A stretch of 64,000 bases of DNA from assembly GCA_951406725.2 (NCBI GenBank), contig OX597841.1, positions 10,540,001 through 10,604,000 of the forward strand, written 5' to 3'. The notes beneath the pieces were generated by a model, which worked only from the letters and a program-made list of their open reading frames with translations, searched no databases and was not told where the DNA came from. Position numbers and translations under genes: made by a program. How positions within the stretch are numbered: the first letter of the stretch is position 1; each line of letters begins with the position of its first letter. Source of the stretch: Octopus vulgaris (taxonomy: Eukaryota). Positions 1-9,734 of the stretch are shown piece after piece.

Positions 1-134
1 ACACATACATATATACATACACACACATATATACACACACACACATATATATATATACATACACACACACATATATATATACATACACACATATATATAT
101 ATACATATATACATATATACATACATACATACAT

Positions 135-178
<44 letters not shown>

Positions 179-487
179 AACATTTACATAAATAAATAAC
201 GTGAAATACACGAAGGGACGAACAAAAAGGACAAACGGGTCATTCAAAGCCTTCATTCTTCAGTCAGAAACTAATCCCTCATCGCAGATTTCGGCCGTTC
301 AATTCTGAGATCCGCTCCGAATCAGCCAGCCACAGAAGGAAAGAATGCAACGCAACAGAGACGAACATGAAACGAAAAATCTTTTTTGGAGACATGATTG
401 ATTGATTGATCGATTGATTCTAGTTTCAGCTTATGAGCTGTGGCCATGCTGGGGCACCGCCATTTGGTGTTTCTACTTGGTTTTACT

Positions 488-2743
488 TCACGAAAGCTTT
501 TTAGCAACTGCCATTTGGTGCATGAGAGAGTTCGATGCAGCTGCCCTCATCTGCACCTCCTGCCGTGAAGTTGGTTCATCTGGGACACCTGACAGGAAGA
601 GATCCAGTTTCATTTTAAAGACATCTGCATCCACCCCATGCAGGTCTCTCAGGTTCTTCGGGAGGATATTGAAGAGCTGTGGGCCTCGGAAGCCCAGGCT
701 ATCACAGAATCTTGTCCTACATCTTGATGGCGAGTTTGGAGTCCTAGGCACCACGCAGTGGCGCCCAGTTCTGGCATTTGCGTAACTCTCGATGCCAAAG
801 TTTAGGACACGTCCCTCCAGGATCTTCCAGATGTATATTATGGCATATCTTTCCCGCCTACGCTCCAGGGAATACAGTTTTAATCTCTTCAGTCTTTCCC
901 AGTAGCTTACATTCTGCATAGAGGCTATCTTCTTCGTGTAGCTACGTTGGATCGCCTCGAGCTCTGTGATCAACTTGACACTGGATGGTGACCATAACTG
1001 AGAGCAGTAGTCAAAGTGGCTTAGGACAAGTGTCCTCCAGAGGACCATCATGGTTTCTTGTTCTCTTGTTCTAAAGGTTCTGAGGATCCATCCGGCCAGT
1101 CTTCTACATTTCATTGCCAATTTAGCAACATGTACACGAAAGGTCGCGTCATCACTCATGTAAATACCTAGGTCACGCACTGATTGTGCCTCTGGGATTG
1201 CTATTCCTCCGGGTCCGGTGTATTCATTGGGTATTGCATTTAGTTTTGCATGCTGATAGTATAGAGCTTGAAACTTTTCAGCATTGAACTGCATGCTATA
1301 CTTTTCAGCCCACTTGTATATTTTGTCCAGCTCACATTGCAGGTGCTTAGTGTCCTCAGGGTTCTGTATTGCCTGTGAAACTTTTGTATCATCTGCATAA
1401 CTTGTGATCGTGGCTCTTTGCGTGGCTGAGGGCATGTCTGAGAGGGCCATTATGAACAGTAGTGGTCCCAGAACAGTGCCCTGCGGGACACCGCTCACTA
1501 TTTGCGTGTTAATGGAAGTGGCCCCATTGGCTACTACCACCTGACTTCTATCTTTCAGAAAGTCATGGAGCCATTCTCCCAGTTTTCCAACTATGTTGAG
1601 ATCACGCAGTTTGTGACATATCATTCCATGATCGACTTTATCAAAGGCCTTTGCAAAGTCGAGATATATCACTTCCACATTTGAGTGGTTGAGCAGCCGT
1701 TTCAGCACCCAGTCATAGTGTTGTAGGAGCTGAGTTAAACAGCTTCTCCCTGGTCGGAAACGATGTTGGGTGTCGGGCATCAAGTCATTCTCTTCAAAGA
1801 AGGTGATCAGCTTCCTTCTGACTATTCGTTCCATGACCTTGCTGATGTGTGAGGTCAGAGAGATAGGTCTGTAGTTCTTGGCTTTCGCTCTGCTACCTCC
1901 TTTATGAATGGAGCATATTTTACCTTCCTTCAGTTTTCTTGGAAGTTTGCCAGCTGCAAGGAAGCTCTGAAAGAGGAACTGCAGTGGTCTTGCTAGGACT
2001 CTCTTACATGCTTTTAGGAGGATTGCCGGGAATCCATCGGGGCCAGTAGCTGAGTCTGTTTTCATTTCATCTATAGCCTTGATTACATCGTCCTCCTTTA
2101 TATCGATGTAATCTATCGTCGCCGCCTCTGATTTTATATCTGCAGTGGTAAAAAAAGTCAGTTGGATTGGTGATTTGAGATGCCCAAGGGGTGGAGTGAA
2201 AACACTCTTGAATTGCTCATTCAGTATTTCACTTACCCTCATTGGTTTACTTGTAAGTGTGCCATCCTTTTCGAGGAGTGGCCCTGTTCTACAATGCACC
2301 ATAGCTGTTTCTTTGGCATACCTGTAGAAAGCTCTGGGGTTAGATTTTATGTTGTCTATAGCCCAGGCTTCTTTGTCTGCTCTTTCTTTTTCATGAGAGA
2401 GTTGCAGACATTTTTCGATTTCCAACAGTTTTATTTTTAGGCGGGACTTTTCACTGCTTTCAATCTGTTTGCTTAGGCGATTTGAAAATTTTGTACGCCG
2501 TCTCATTAAAATTTTCCTCTCTCTGGGGATTTTGTTCTTGTGTACAGTGGCCTTTCTCTCTGGGACACATTTGTTGCATATGGCTTGCATTATAGACATG
2601 AATTGTTGAAGTTTCACGTCGATGTCTGGCGAGGAGAGACATTTAGGCGAGTTTTGTTTGAGGATCTCTTTCTCAATTTGTTTCCAGTTTGCCTTATGGT
2701 AGTTCAAGCTGGAAAGATTATGAGGGTTTCTTGTAGGCTGCAT
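488..2743 (-). CDS. LINE ORF2 reverse transcriptase portion (751 aa), unit 1
   Basis: Motifs GPDGF, NYRPISLTS, YLDFAKAFDKVDH, SGVPQGTVLGPLLF, YADD and a CR1-type C-terminus YSLERRRERY. Confidence 0.92.
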   Translation of the reverse strand: MQPTRNPHNLSSLNYHKANWKQIEKEILKQNSPKCLSSPDIDVKLQQFMSIMQAICNKCVPERKATVHKNKIPRERKILMRRRTKFSNRLSKQIESSEKSRLKIKLLEIEKCLQLSHEKERADKEAWAIDNIKSNPRAFYRYAKETAMVHCRTGPLLEKDGTLTSKPMRVSEILNEQFKSVFTPPLGHLKSPIQLTFFTTADIKSEAATIDYIDIKEDDVIKAIDEMKTDSATGPDGFPAILLKACKRVLARPLQFLFQSFLAAGKLPRKLKEGKICSIHKGGSRAKAKNYRPISLTSHISKVMERIVRRKLITFFEENDLMPDTQHRFRPGRSCLTQLLQHYDWVLKRLLNHSNVEVIYLDFAKAFDKVDHGMICHKLRDLNIVGKLGEWLHDFLKDRSQVVVANGATSINTQIVSGVPQGTVLGPLLFIMALSDMPSATQRATITSYADDTKVSQAIQNPEDTKHLQCELDKIYKWAEKYSMQFNAEKFQALYYQHAKLNAIPNEYTGPGGIAIPEAQSVRDLGIYMSDDATFRVHVAKLAMKCRRLAGWILRTFRTREQETMMVLWRTLVLSHFDYCSQLWSPSSVKLITELEAIQRSYTKKIASMQNVSYWERLKRLKLYSLERRRERYAIIYIWKILEGRVLNFGIESYANARTGRHCVVPRTPNSPSRCRTRFCDSLGFRGPQLFNILPKNLRDLHGVDADVFKMKLDLFLSGVPDEPTSRQEVQMRAAASNSLMHQMAVAKKLS

Positions 2744-3594
2744 GTCCGTGCTCTCTTTTGGCCCGTACTCTTTTGGTCAGCTCTATCATGTTGTGATCCG
2801 AGAGTAGTGTCGGTGCCACTTTCACATTATGGATGAGATCCATGTCATTTGTGAAGCAGAGATCCAGTGTGTTACCTGCCCTGGTTGGCTGGAGTATTAC
2901 CTGCTCCATGTACAGGGTGTTGATGAGGTTCAGGAGGGACCTCGCCTGTCCTCGTTCACATCTTGTCATTCCTGGGAGAGAAAGGCCCTCGGGCCATCTG
3001 ACACTGGGCAGATTGAAGTCTCCCATAAGAAGTACACTTATGTGTTGTTCTAATGTGGTTAGAACTTCTTCTATTTTTATAAGGCAGTCTCAAACTTGCC
3101 CACATGGCTTGGGGCATCTGGAGGGCGATATGTGGCACACACAACTACATCAAGTTGCCTAATATGTACAATTAGTGTGTCACACACCGAGTTTGAGTAT
3201 GACAAGAGGACCTGGGGTGTGAGGTCCTCACGGATGTACATAGCAACACCTCCATGACTCCTTTCTTTTCTGTCGGTCCGTAGTACAGCATACTGTGGTA
3301 TGTGTAACTCCGCATCTGCTATGTCCGGTTTCAGGTGCGTTTCCGTAAGTGCTATGCATAAGGCTTGATTGCATGCAACAAAGTCTCTCAGGAACGGGAT
3401 TTAGTCCTGTTACTGAGTGTTTGCAGCCCTCTGATGTTCAGTAGGAGCGTCGAGGTGAGGTGTACGTTGTTGCCGGCGGTGTCCATCCTGGGTCTGTTTG
3501 CTGTGGTGGTCTTGTATATAGTGGGTAGTCCCACCTGCGGGCTTGGGTTTGATGAAGCCAGGTCAGCTGCTGTACAATCTTTTGTGCCATGCAC
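2718..3594 (-). pseudogene. LINE APE endonuclease domain, frameshifted in unit 1
   Basis: Same sequence as the 300-aa EN ORF of units 2, 4 and 5, with 1-bp deletions near 3090 and 3402. Confidence 0.85.
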
Positions 3595-4073
3595 AAAAAA
3601 GATTGTTGCTCAGCAGCTGCCCTTTCGACAACATCATGTTGGCGGTTTGTGGCACGCACAACATCTGCGTACCTCCGCTTTGGGGCAGGTGGTGCGTGGT
3701 CCATCCTTTTTCCTTGTGTTGATGGTTTGTCCATCTGCCTCGTGTCTCTGTGGCAGGGTCCCCGATGTGCAAAGCGGCAGCCTGCACCTTGCTTTCCATG
3801 CCAGCAGGAACCTCTCAGGTAGAACCTACACACCCGTGTGCGCTGTTTGTTTCCATCTTTTGCGGTTCCACTTCTATTCCTGGTTGTTTCACCCTTTGGT
3901 CCTGCTTGAGCTTTTCCTTTAGCTCTTCCAGTCCTTCTTTTAGTTCTTCCTCCTCCCTCTACCTCTTCACCGGGTTCTCCGTCTCCATGGCCCTTGCTGC
4001 CGGTTGGAGAACTTGCACCTGGGATCACTACCCGGGCAGGTTTCTCACTCAAAACCTCCTCCCGGGAATCCAC
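3438..4073 (-). CDS. LINE ORF1 with CCCH zinc finger, unit 1 (start codon uncertain)
   Basis: CRFYLRGSCWHGKQGAGCRFAH (C-x7-C-x8-C-x3-H) after a charged low-complexity region; lies 5' of and overlaps the EN ORF. Confidence 0.7.
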   Translation of the reverse strand: MDSREEVLSEKPARVVIPGASSPTGSKGHGDGEPGEEVEGGGRTKRRTGRAKGKAQAGPKGETTRNRSGTAKDGNKQRTRVCRFYLRGSCWHGKQGAGCRFAHRGPCHRDTRQMDKPSTQGKRMDHAPPAPKRRYADVVRATNRQHDVVERAAAEQQSFLCMAQKIVQQLTWLHQTQARRWDYPLYTRPPQQTDPGWTPPATTYTSPRRSY

Positions 4074-4619
4074 CAGGTGGGGGTGACTTCTTTCATCGTC
4101 TCCATTCTTGCCATCTTTGCCCCGCTCGTTCTCAAAGATGGCATCAAGTGCGCCAATGTGCGACCGGTAACGGTTAAAAACATGGATGACACAGGCGCCC
4201 TATGGCTTTAACACAAAAAGAGAGACACAAAAACAATATCAGCAAGCGTGGAAAAATAATTACCTTTTCGGTGATAAGACACATGTTGAACAAGTGGCCG
4301 ATGGAAAGAGAATGGCTGAGGCAGCAAGTCGCAAGAGGGTAAGAGAGAGGAGGGGCTAAGAGAGAGAGGGGACCAAGGAGGGTAGAAGGCGAGGACAGAA
4401 GCAGTGACCGAGAGAGAGAGAGGGAGAGAAGGAATCAGAGAAGAAGCAGTGATCAAGAGAGAGAGGGAGAGAAGGAATCAGAGAGGCTGGGAGAAAAAGG
4501 CGCCAAAACAATTTGGCAACGAAGCAATGGCGAAGGAAAGAAAATAGTTTAAAGACATCGTGCAGGGGTTTTGATATGATAAACATAAAGAAGTTATTAT
4601 GCACGTACGCTGCGAAATA

Positions 4620-5794
4620 TATAATAAACCTTTACATAAATAAATAACGTGAAATACACGAAGGGACGAACAAAAAGACAAACGGGTCATTCAAAGCCTT
4701 CATCCTCAGTCAGAAACTGATCCCTCATCGCAGATTTCGGCTGTTTAATTCTGAGATCCGCTCCGAATCAGCCAGCCACAGAAGGAAAGAATGCAACGCA
4801 ACAGAGACGAACATGAAACACACACACACATATATATACATACACACACACACATATATATACATACACACATACATATATATATATATGTATATAATAA
4901 ACCTTTACATAAATAAATAATAACATATATATATATATATATACATACACACACACATATATATACATACACACATACATATATATATATATGTATATAA
5001 TAAACCTTTAGATAAATAAATAATAACATATATATATATATATACACACACACACATATATATATATGTATATAATAAACCTTTGGATAAATAAATAATA
5101 ACATATATATATATATATACATACACACACACATATATATACATGCACACACAAACATATATACATACACACACACACACATATATACATACACACATAC
5201 ATATATATATATATGTATATAATAACTTTTAGATAATTAAATAATAACACATATATATATATATATACACATACACACACACATATATATACATACACAC
5301 ATATATATATATATGTATATAATAAACCTTTAGATAAATAAATAATAACATATATATATATATATACACACACACACATATATATATATATGTATATAAT
5401 AAGCCTTTAGATAAATAAATAATAACATATATATATATATATACATACACACACACATATATACACATACACACACACATATATATACATGCACACACAC
5501 ACACATATATATACATACACACACACACACATATATACATACAGACACACACAAACACACATATATATACTTACACACACACACACACATATATATACAT
5601 ACACACACAAACACACATATATATACATACACACATATATATATATACATACACACACACATACATATATACATACACACACATATATACATACACACAC
5701 ACACATATATATATACACATACACACACACATATATATATACATACACACATATATATATATACATACATACATACATACATATATACATACAT

Positions 5795-5838
<44 letters not shown>

Positions 5839-6031
5839 AACATTTACATAAATAAATAACGTGAAATACACGAAGGGACGAACAAAAAGACAAACGGGTC
5901 ATTCAAAGCCTTCATTCTTCAGTCAGAAACTGATCCCTCATCGCAGATTTCGGCCGTTCAATTCTGAGATCCGCTCCGAATCAGCCAGCCACAGAAGGAA
6001 AGAATGCAACGCAACAGAGACGAACATGAAA
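4620..6031. repeat. Spacer module: ~200-bp direct repeats (A 4620-4818, B 5833-6031) flanking a (CA)/(TA) block with six ~31-bp ATAATAAACCTTTAGATAAATAAATAATAAC copies
   Basis: Seen directly; the module recurs at 10281-11691, 15842-17219, 21468-22879 and 27127-28558, with a further B copy at 173-372. Confidence 0.93.
4710..4777 (-). ncRNA. Predicted structured RNA (kink-turn plus double pseudoknot), type-A copy; 11 copies in the window
   Basis: Four helices and a canonical k-turn (GGA / GAU-GA-G) read by eye; G-U wobbles work only on the minus strand. Type-B example at 5923-5990. Function unknown. Confidence 0.6.
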
Positions 6032-6146
6032 CGAAAAATCTTTTTTGGAGACATGATTGATTGATTGATCGATTGATTCTAGTTTCAGCTTATGAGCTGT
6101 GGCCATGCTGGGGCACCGCCATTTGGTGTTGCTACTTGGTTTTACT

Positions 6147-8366
6147 TCACGAAAGCTTTTTAGCAACTGCCATTTGGTGCATGAGAGAGTTCGATGCAGC
6201 TGCCCTCATCTGCACCTCCTGCCGTGAAGTTGGTTCATCTGGGACACCTGACAGGAAGAGATCCAGTTTCATTTTAAAGACATCTGCATCCACCCCATGC
6301 AGGTCTCTCAGGTTCTTCGGGAGGATATTGAAGAGCTGTGGGCCTCGGAAGCCCAGGCTATCACAGAATCTTGTCCTACATCTTGATGGCGAGTTTGGAG
6401 TCCTAGGCACCACGCAGTGGCGCCCAGTTCTGGCATTTGCGTAACTCTCGATGCCAAAGTTTAGGACACGTCCCTCCAGGATCTTCCAGATGTATATTAT
6501 GGCATATCTTTCCCGCCTACGCTCCAGGGAATACAGTTTTAATCTCTTCAGTCTTTCCCAGTAGCTTACATTCTGCATAGAGGCTATCTTCTTCGTGTAG
6601 CTACGTTGGATCGCCTCGAGCTCTGTGATCAACTTGACACTGGATGGTGACCATAACTGAGAGCAGTAGTCAAAGTGGCTTAGGACAAGTGTCCTCCAGA
6701 GGACCATCATGGTTTCTTGTTCTCTTGTTCTAAAGGTTCTGAGGATCCATCCGGCCAGTCTTCTACATTTCATTGCCAATTTAGCAACATGTACACGAAA
6801 GGTCGCGTCATCACTCATGTAAATACCTAGGTCACGCACTGATTGTGCCTCTGGGATTGCTATTCCTCCGGGTCCGGTGTATTCATTGGGTATTGCATTT
6901 AGTTTTGCATGCTGATAGTATAGAGCTTGAAACTTTTCAGCATTGAACTGCATGCTATTCTTTTCAGCCCACTTGTATATTTTGTCCAGCTCACATTGCA
7001 GGTGCTTAGTGTCCTCAGGGTTCTGTATTGCCTGTGAAACTTTTGTATCATCTGCATAACTTGTGATCGTGGCTCTTTGCGTGGCTGAGGGCATGTCTGA
7101 GAGGGCCATTATGAACAGTAGTGGTCCCAGAACAGTGCCCTGCGGGACACCGCTCACTATTTGCGTGTTAATGGAAGTGGCCCCATTGGCTACTACCACC
7201 TGACTTCTATCTTTCAGAAAGTCATGGAGCCATTCTCCCAGTTTTCCAACTATGTTGAGATCACGCAGTTTGTGACATATCATTCCATGATCGACTTTAT
7301 CAAAGGCCTTTGCAAAGTCGAGATATATCACTTCCACATTTGAGTGGTTGAGCAGCCGTTTCAGCACCCAGTCATAGTGTTGTAGGAGCTGAGTTAAACA
7401 GCTTCTCCCTGGTCGGAAACCATGTTGGGTGTCGGGCAGCAATTCATTCTCTTCAAAGAAGGTGATCAGCTTCCTTCTGACTATTCGTTCCATGACCTTG
7501 CTAATGTGTGAGGTCAGAGAGATAGGTCTGTAGTTCTTGGCTTTCGCTCTGCTACCTCCTTTATGAATGGAGCATATTTTACCTTCCTTCAGTTTTCTTG
7601 GAAGTTTGCCAGCTGCAAGGAAACTCTGAAAGAGGAACTGCAGTGGCCTTGCTAGGACTCTCTTACATGCTTTTAGGAGGATTGCCGGGAATCCATCGGG
7701 GCCAGTAGCTGAGTCTGTTTTCATTTCATCTATAGCCTTGATTACATCGTCCTCCTTTATATCGATGTAATCTATCGTCGCCGCCTCTGATTTTATATCT
7801 GCAGTGGTAAAAAAAGTCAGTTGGATTGGTGATTTGAGATGCCCAAGGGGTGGAGTGAAAACACTCTTGAATTGCTCATTCAGTATTTCACTTACCCTCA
7901 TTGGTTTACTTGTAAGTGTGCCATCCTTTTCGAGGAGTGGCCCTGTTCTACAGTGCACCATAGCTGTTTCTTTGGCATACCTGTAGAAAGCTCTGGGGTT
8001 AGATTTTATGTTGTCTATAGCCCAGGCTTCTTTGTCTGCTCTTTCTTTTTCATGAGAGAGTTGCAGACATTTTTCGATTTCCAACAGTTTTATTTTTAGG
8101 CGGGACTTTTCACTGCTTTCAATCTGTTTGCTTAGGCGATTTGAAAATTTTGTACGCCGTCTCATTAAAATTTTCCTCTCTCTGGGGATTTTGTTCTTGT
8201 GTACAGTGGCCTTTCTCTCTGGGACACATTTGTAGCATATGGCTTGCATTATAGACATGAATTGTTGAAGTTTCACGTCGATGTCTGGCGAGGAGAGACA
8301 TTTAGGCCAGTTTTGTTTGAGGATCTCTTTCTCAATTTGTTTCCAGTTTGCCTTATGGTAGTTCAA
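6147..8366 (-). CDS. LINE ORF2 reverse transcriptase portion, unit 2
   Basis: 739-aa ORF with all RT motifs; a substitution at ~8390 creates a TGA just upstream in this frame. Confidence 0.88.
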   Translation of the reverse strand: MNYHKANWKQIEKEILKQNWPKCLSSPDIDVKLQQFMSIMQAICYKCVPERKATVHKNKIPRERKILMRRRTKFSNRLSKQIESSEKSRLKIKLLEIEKCLQLSHEKERADKEAWAIDNIKSNPRAFYRYAKETAMVHCRTGPLLEKDGTLTSKPMRVSEILNEQFKSVFTPPLGHLKSPIQLTFFTTADIKSEAATIDYIDIKEDDVIKAIDEMKTDSATGPDGFPAILLKACKRVLARPLQFLFQSFLAAGKLPRKLKEGKICSIHKGGSRAKAKNYRPISLTSHISKVMERIVRRKLITFFEENELLPDTQHGFRPGRSCLTQLLQHYDWVLKRLLNHSNVEVIYLDFAKAFDKVDHGMICHKLRDLNIVGKLGEWLHDFLKDRSQVVVANGATSINTQIVSGVPQGTVLGPLLFIMALSDMPSATQRATITSYADDTKVSQAIQNPEDTKHLQCELDKIYKWAEKNSMQFNAEKFQALYYQHAKLNAIPNEYTGPGGIAIPEAQSVRDLGIYMSDDATFRVHVAKLAMKCRRLAGWILRTFRTREQETMMVLWRTLVLSHFDYCSQLWSPSSVKLITELEAIQRSYTKKIASMQNVSYWERLKRLKLYSLERRRERYAIIYIWKILEGRVLNFGIESYANARTGRHCVVPRTPNSPSRCRTRFCDSLGFRGPQLFNILPKNLRDLHGVDADVFKMKLDLFLSGVPDEPTSRQEVQMRAAASNSLMHQMAVAKKLS

Positions 8367-9255
8367 GCTGGAAAGATTCTGAGGGTTTCATGTAGGCTGC
8401 ATGTCCGTGCTCTCTTTTGGCCCGTACTCTTTTGGTCAGCTCTATCATGTTGTGATCCGAGAGTAGTGTCGGTGTCACTTTCACATTATGGATGAGATCC
8501 ATGTCATTTGTGAAGCAGAGATCCAGTGTGTTACCTGCCCTGGTTGGTTGGAGTATTACCTGCTCCATGTACAGGGTGTTGATGAGGTTCAGGAGGGACC
8601 TCGCCTGTCCTCGTTCACATCTTGTCATTCCTGGGAGAGAAAGGCCCTCGGGCCATCTGACACTGGGCAGATTGAAGTCTCCCATAAGAAGTACACTTAT
8701 GTGTTGTTCTAATGTGGTTAGAACTTCTTCTATTTTTATAAGGCAGTCTTCAAACTTGCCCACATGGCTTGGGGCATCTGGAGGGCGATATGTAGCACAC
8801 ACAACTACATCAAGTTGCCTAATATGTACAATTAGTGTGTCACACACCGAGTTTGAGTATGACAAGAGGACCTGGGGTGTGAGGTCCTCACGGATGTACA
8901 TAGCAACACCTCCATGACTCCTTTCTTTTCTGTCGGTCCGTAGTACAGCATACTGTGGTATGTGTAACTCCGCATCTGCTATGTCCGGTTTCAGGTGCGT
9001 TTCCGTAAGTGCTATGCATAAGGCTTGATTGCATGCAACAAAGTCTCTCAGGAACGGGATTTTTGTCCTGTTACTGAGTGTTTGCAGCCCTCTGATGTTC
9101 AGTAGGAGCATCGAGGTGAGGTGTACGTTGTTGCCGGCGGTGTCCATCCTGGGTCTGTTTGCTGTGGTGGTCTTGTATATAGTGGGTAGTCCCACCTGCG
9201 GGCTTGGGTTTGATGAAGCCAGGTCAGCTGCTGTACAATCTTTTGTGCCATGCAC
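8353..9255 (-). CDS. LINE apurinic-like (APE) endonuclease, unit 2
   Basis: Motifs LNIRGL, ALTETHL, GGVAMYI, YRPP, MGDFN, TLDLCF, SDHNMI. Confidence 0.9.
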   Translation of the reverse strand: MHGTKDCTAADLASSNPSPQVGLPTIYKTTTANRPRMDTAGNNVHLTSMLLLNIRGLQTLSNRTKIPFLRDFVACNQALCIALTETHLKPDIADAELHIPQYAVLRTDRKERSHGGVAMYIREDLTPQVLLSYSNSVCDTLIVHIRQLDVVVCATYRPPDAPSHVGKFEDCLIKIEEVLTTLEQHISVLLMGDFNLPSVRWPEGLSLPGMTRCERGQARSLLNLINTLYMEQVILQPTRAGNTLDLCFTNDMDLIHNVKVTPTLLSDHNMIELTKRVRAKREHGHAAYMKPSESFQLELP

Positions 9256-9734
9256 AAAAAAGATTGTTGCTCAGCAGCTGCCCTTTCGACAACATCATGT
9301 TGGCGGTTTGTGGCACGCACAACATCTGCGTACCTCCGCTTTGGGGCAGGTGGTGCGTGGTCCATCCTTTTTCCTTGTGTTGATGGTTTGTCCATCTGTC
9401 TCGTGTCTCTGTGGCAGGGTCCCCGATGTGCAAAGCGGCAGCCTGCACCTTGCTTTCCATGCCAGCAGGATCCTCTAAGGTAGAACACACACACCCGTGT
9501 GCGCTGTTTGTTTCCATCTTTTGCGGTTCCACTTCTATTCCTGGTTGTTTCACCCTTTGGTCCTGCTTGAGCTTTTCCTTTAGCTCTTCCAGTCCTTCTT
9601 TTAGTTCTTCCTCCTCCCTCTACCTCTTCACCGGGTTCTCCGTCTCCATGGCCCTTGCTGCCGGTTGGAGAACTTGCACCTGGGATCACTACCCGGGCAG
9701 GTTTCTCACTCAAAACCTCCTCCCGGGAATCCAC
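9099..9734 (-). CDS. LINE ORF1 (CCCH), unit 2
   Basis: As unit 1. Confidence 0.7.
   Translation of the reverse strand: MDSREEVLSEKPARVVIPGASSPTGSKGHGDGEPGEEVEGGGRTKRRTGRAKGKAQAGPKGETTRNRSGTAKDGNKQRTRVCVFYLRGSCWHGKQGAGCRFAHRGPCHRDTRQMDKPSTQGKRMDHAPPAPKRRYADVVRATNRQHDVVERAAAEQQSFLCMAQKIVQQLTWLHQTQARRWDYPLYTRPPQQTDPGWTPPATTYTSPRCSY

Larger units (their letters stand above)
395..4619 (-). mobile_element. CR1-group non-LTR retrotransposon, unit 1 (5' boundary approximate)
   Basis: ORF1-EN-RT order on the minus strand, short 3' UTR, (AATC)n tail at 395-419, pyrimidine-rich 5' region at ~4340-4490. Confidence 0.9.

Noticed and set aside
402-4211. Plus-strand ORFs (127, 185, 153 aa and others) repeated in each unit
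   Set aside because: Antisense shadows of LINE coding sequence; their recurrence reflects the DNA duplication and they show no recognisable motifs.
4553-4558. AGACAT as a LINE target-site duplication matching 390-395
   Set aside because: Only 6 bp and expected by chance; the LINE 5' end is not independently defined.
4695-4745. Canonical hammerhead ribozyme (minus strand has CCGAAA ... CUGAGGA or CUGAAGA in type II order)
   Set aside because: No arrangement gives both an NUH triplet and a proper stem I, and stem II would need a 4-5 nt insertion. The k-turn/pseudoknot fold explains more bases. An alternative conformer cannot be fully excluded.
4710-4777. SECIS element (AUGA/GA quartet)
   Set aside because: Polarity is reversed (GA on the 5' side, AUGA on the 3' side) and there is no SECIS-length apical helix.
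4819-5832. CRISPR-like array of ~31-bp repeats
   Set aside because: The spacers are CA/TA microsatellite of variable length, there are no cas genes, and the context is eukaryotic.
4745-5902. Long Y/I/C/V/M- or H/T-rich ORFs here, in the other spacers, and at 31140-33369, 42903-43948, 50684-51140 and 54270-54929
   Set aside because: Translations of micro- and minisatellites that lack stop codons by composition.
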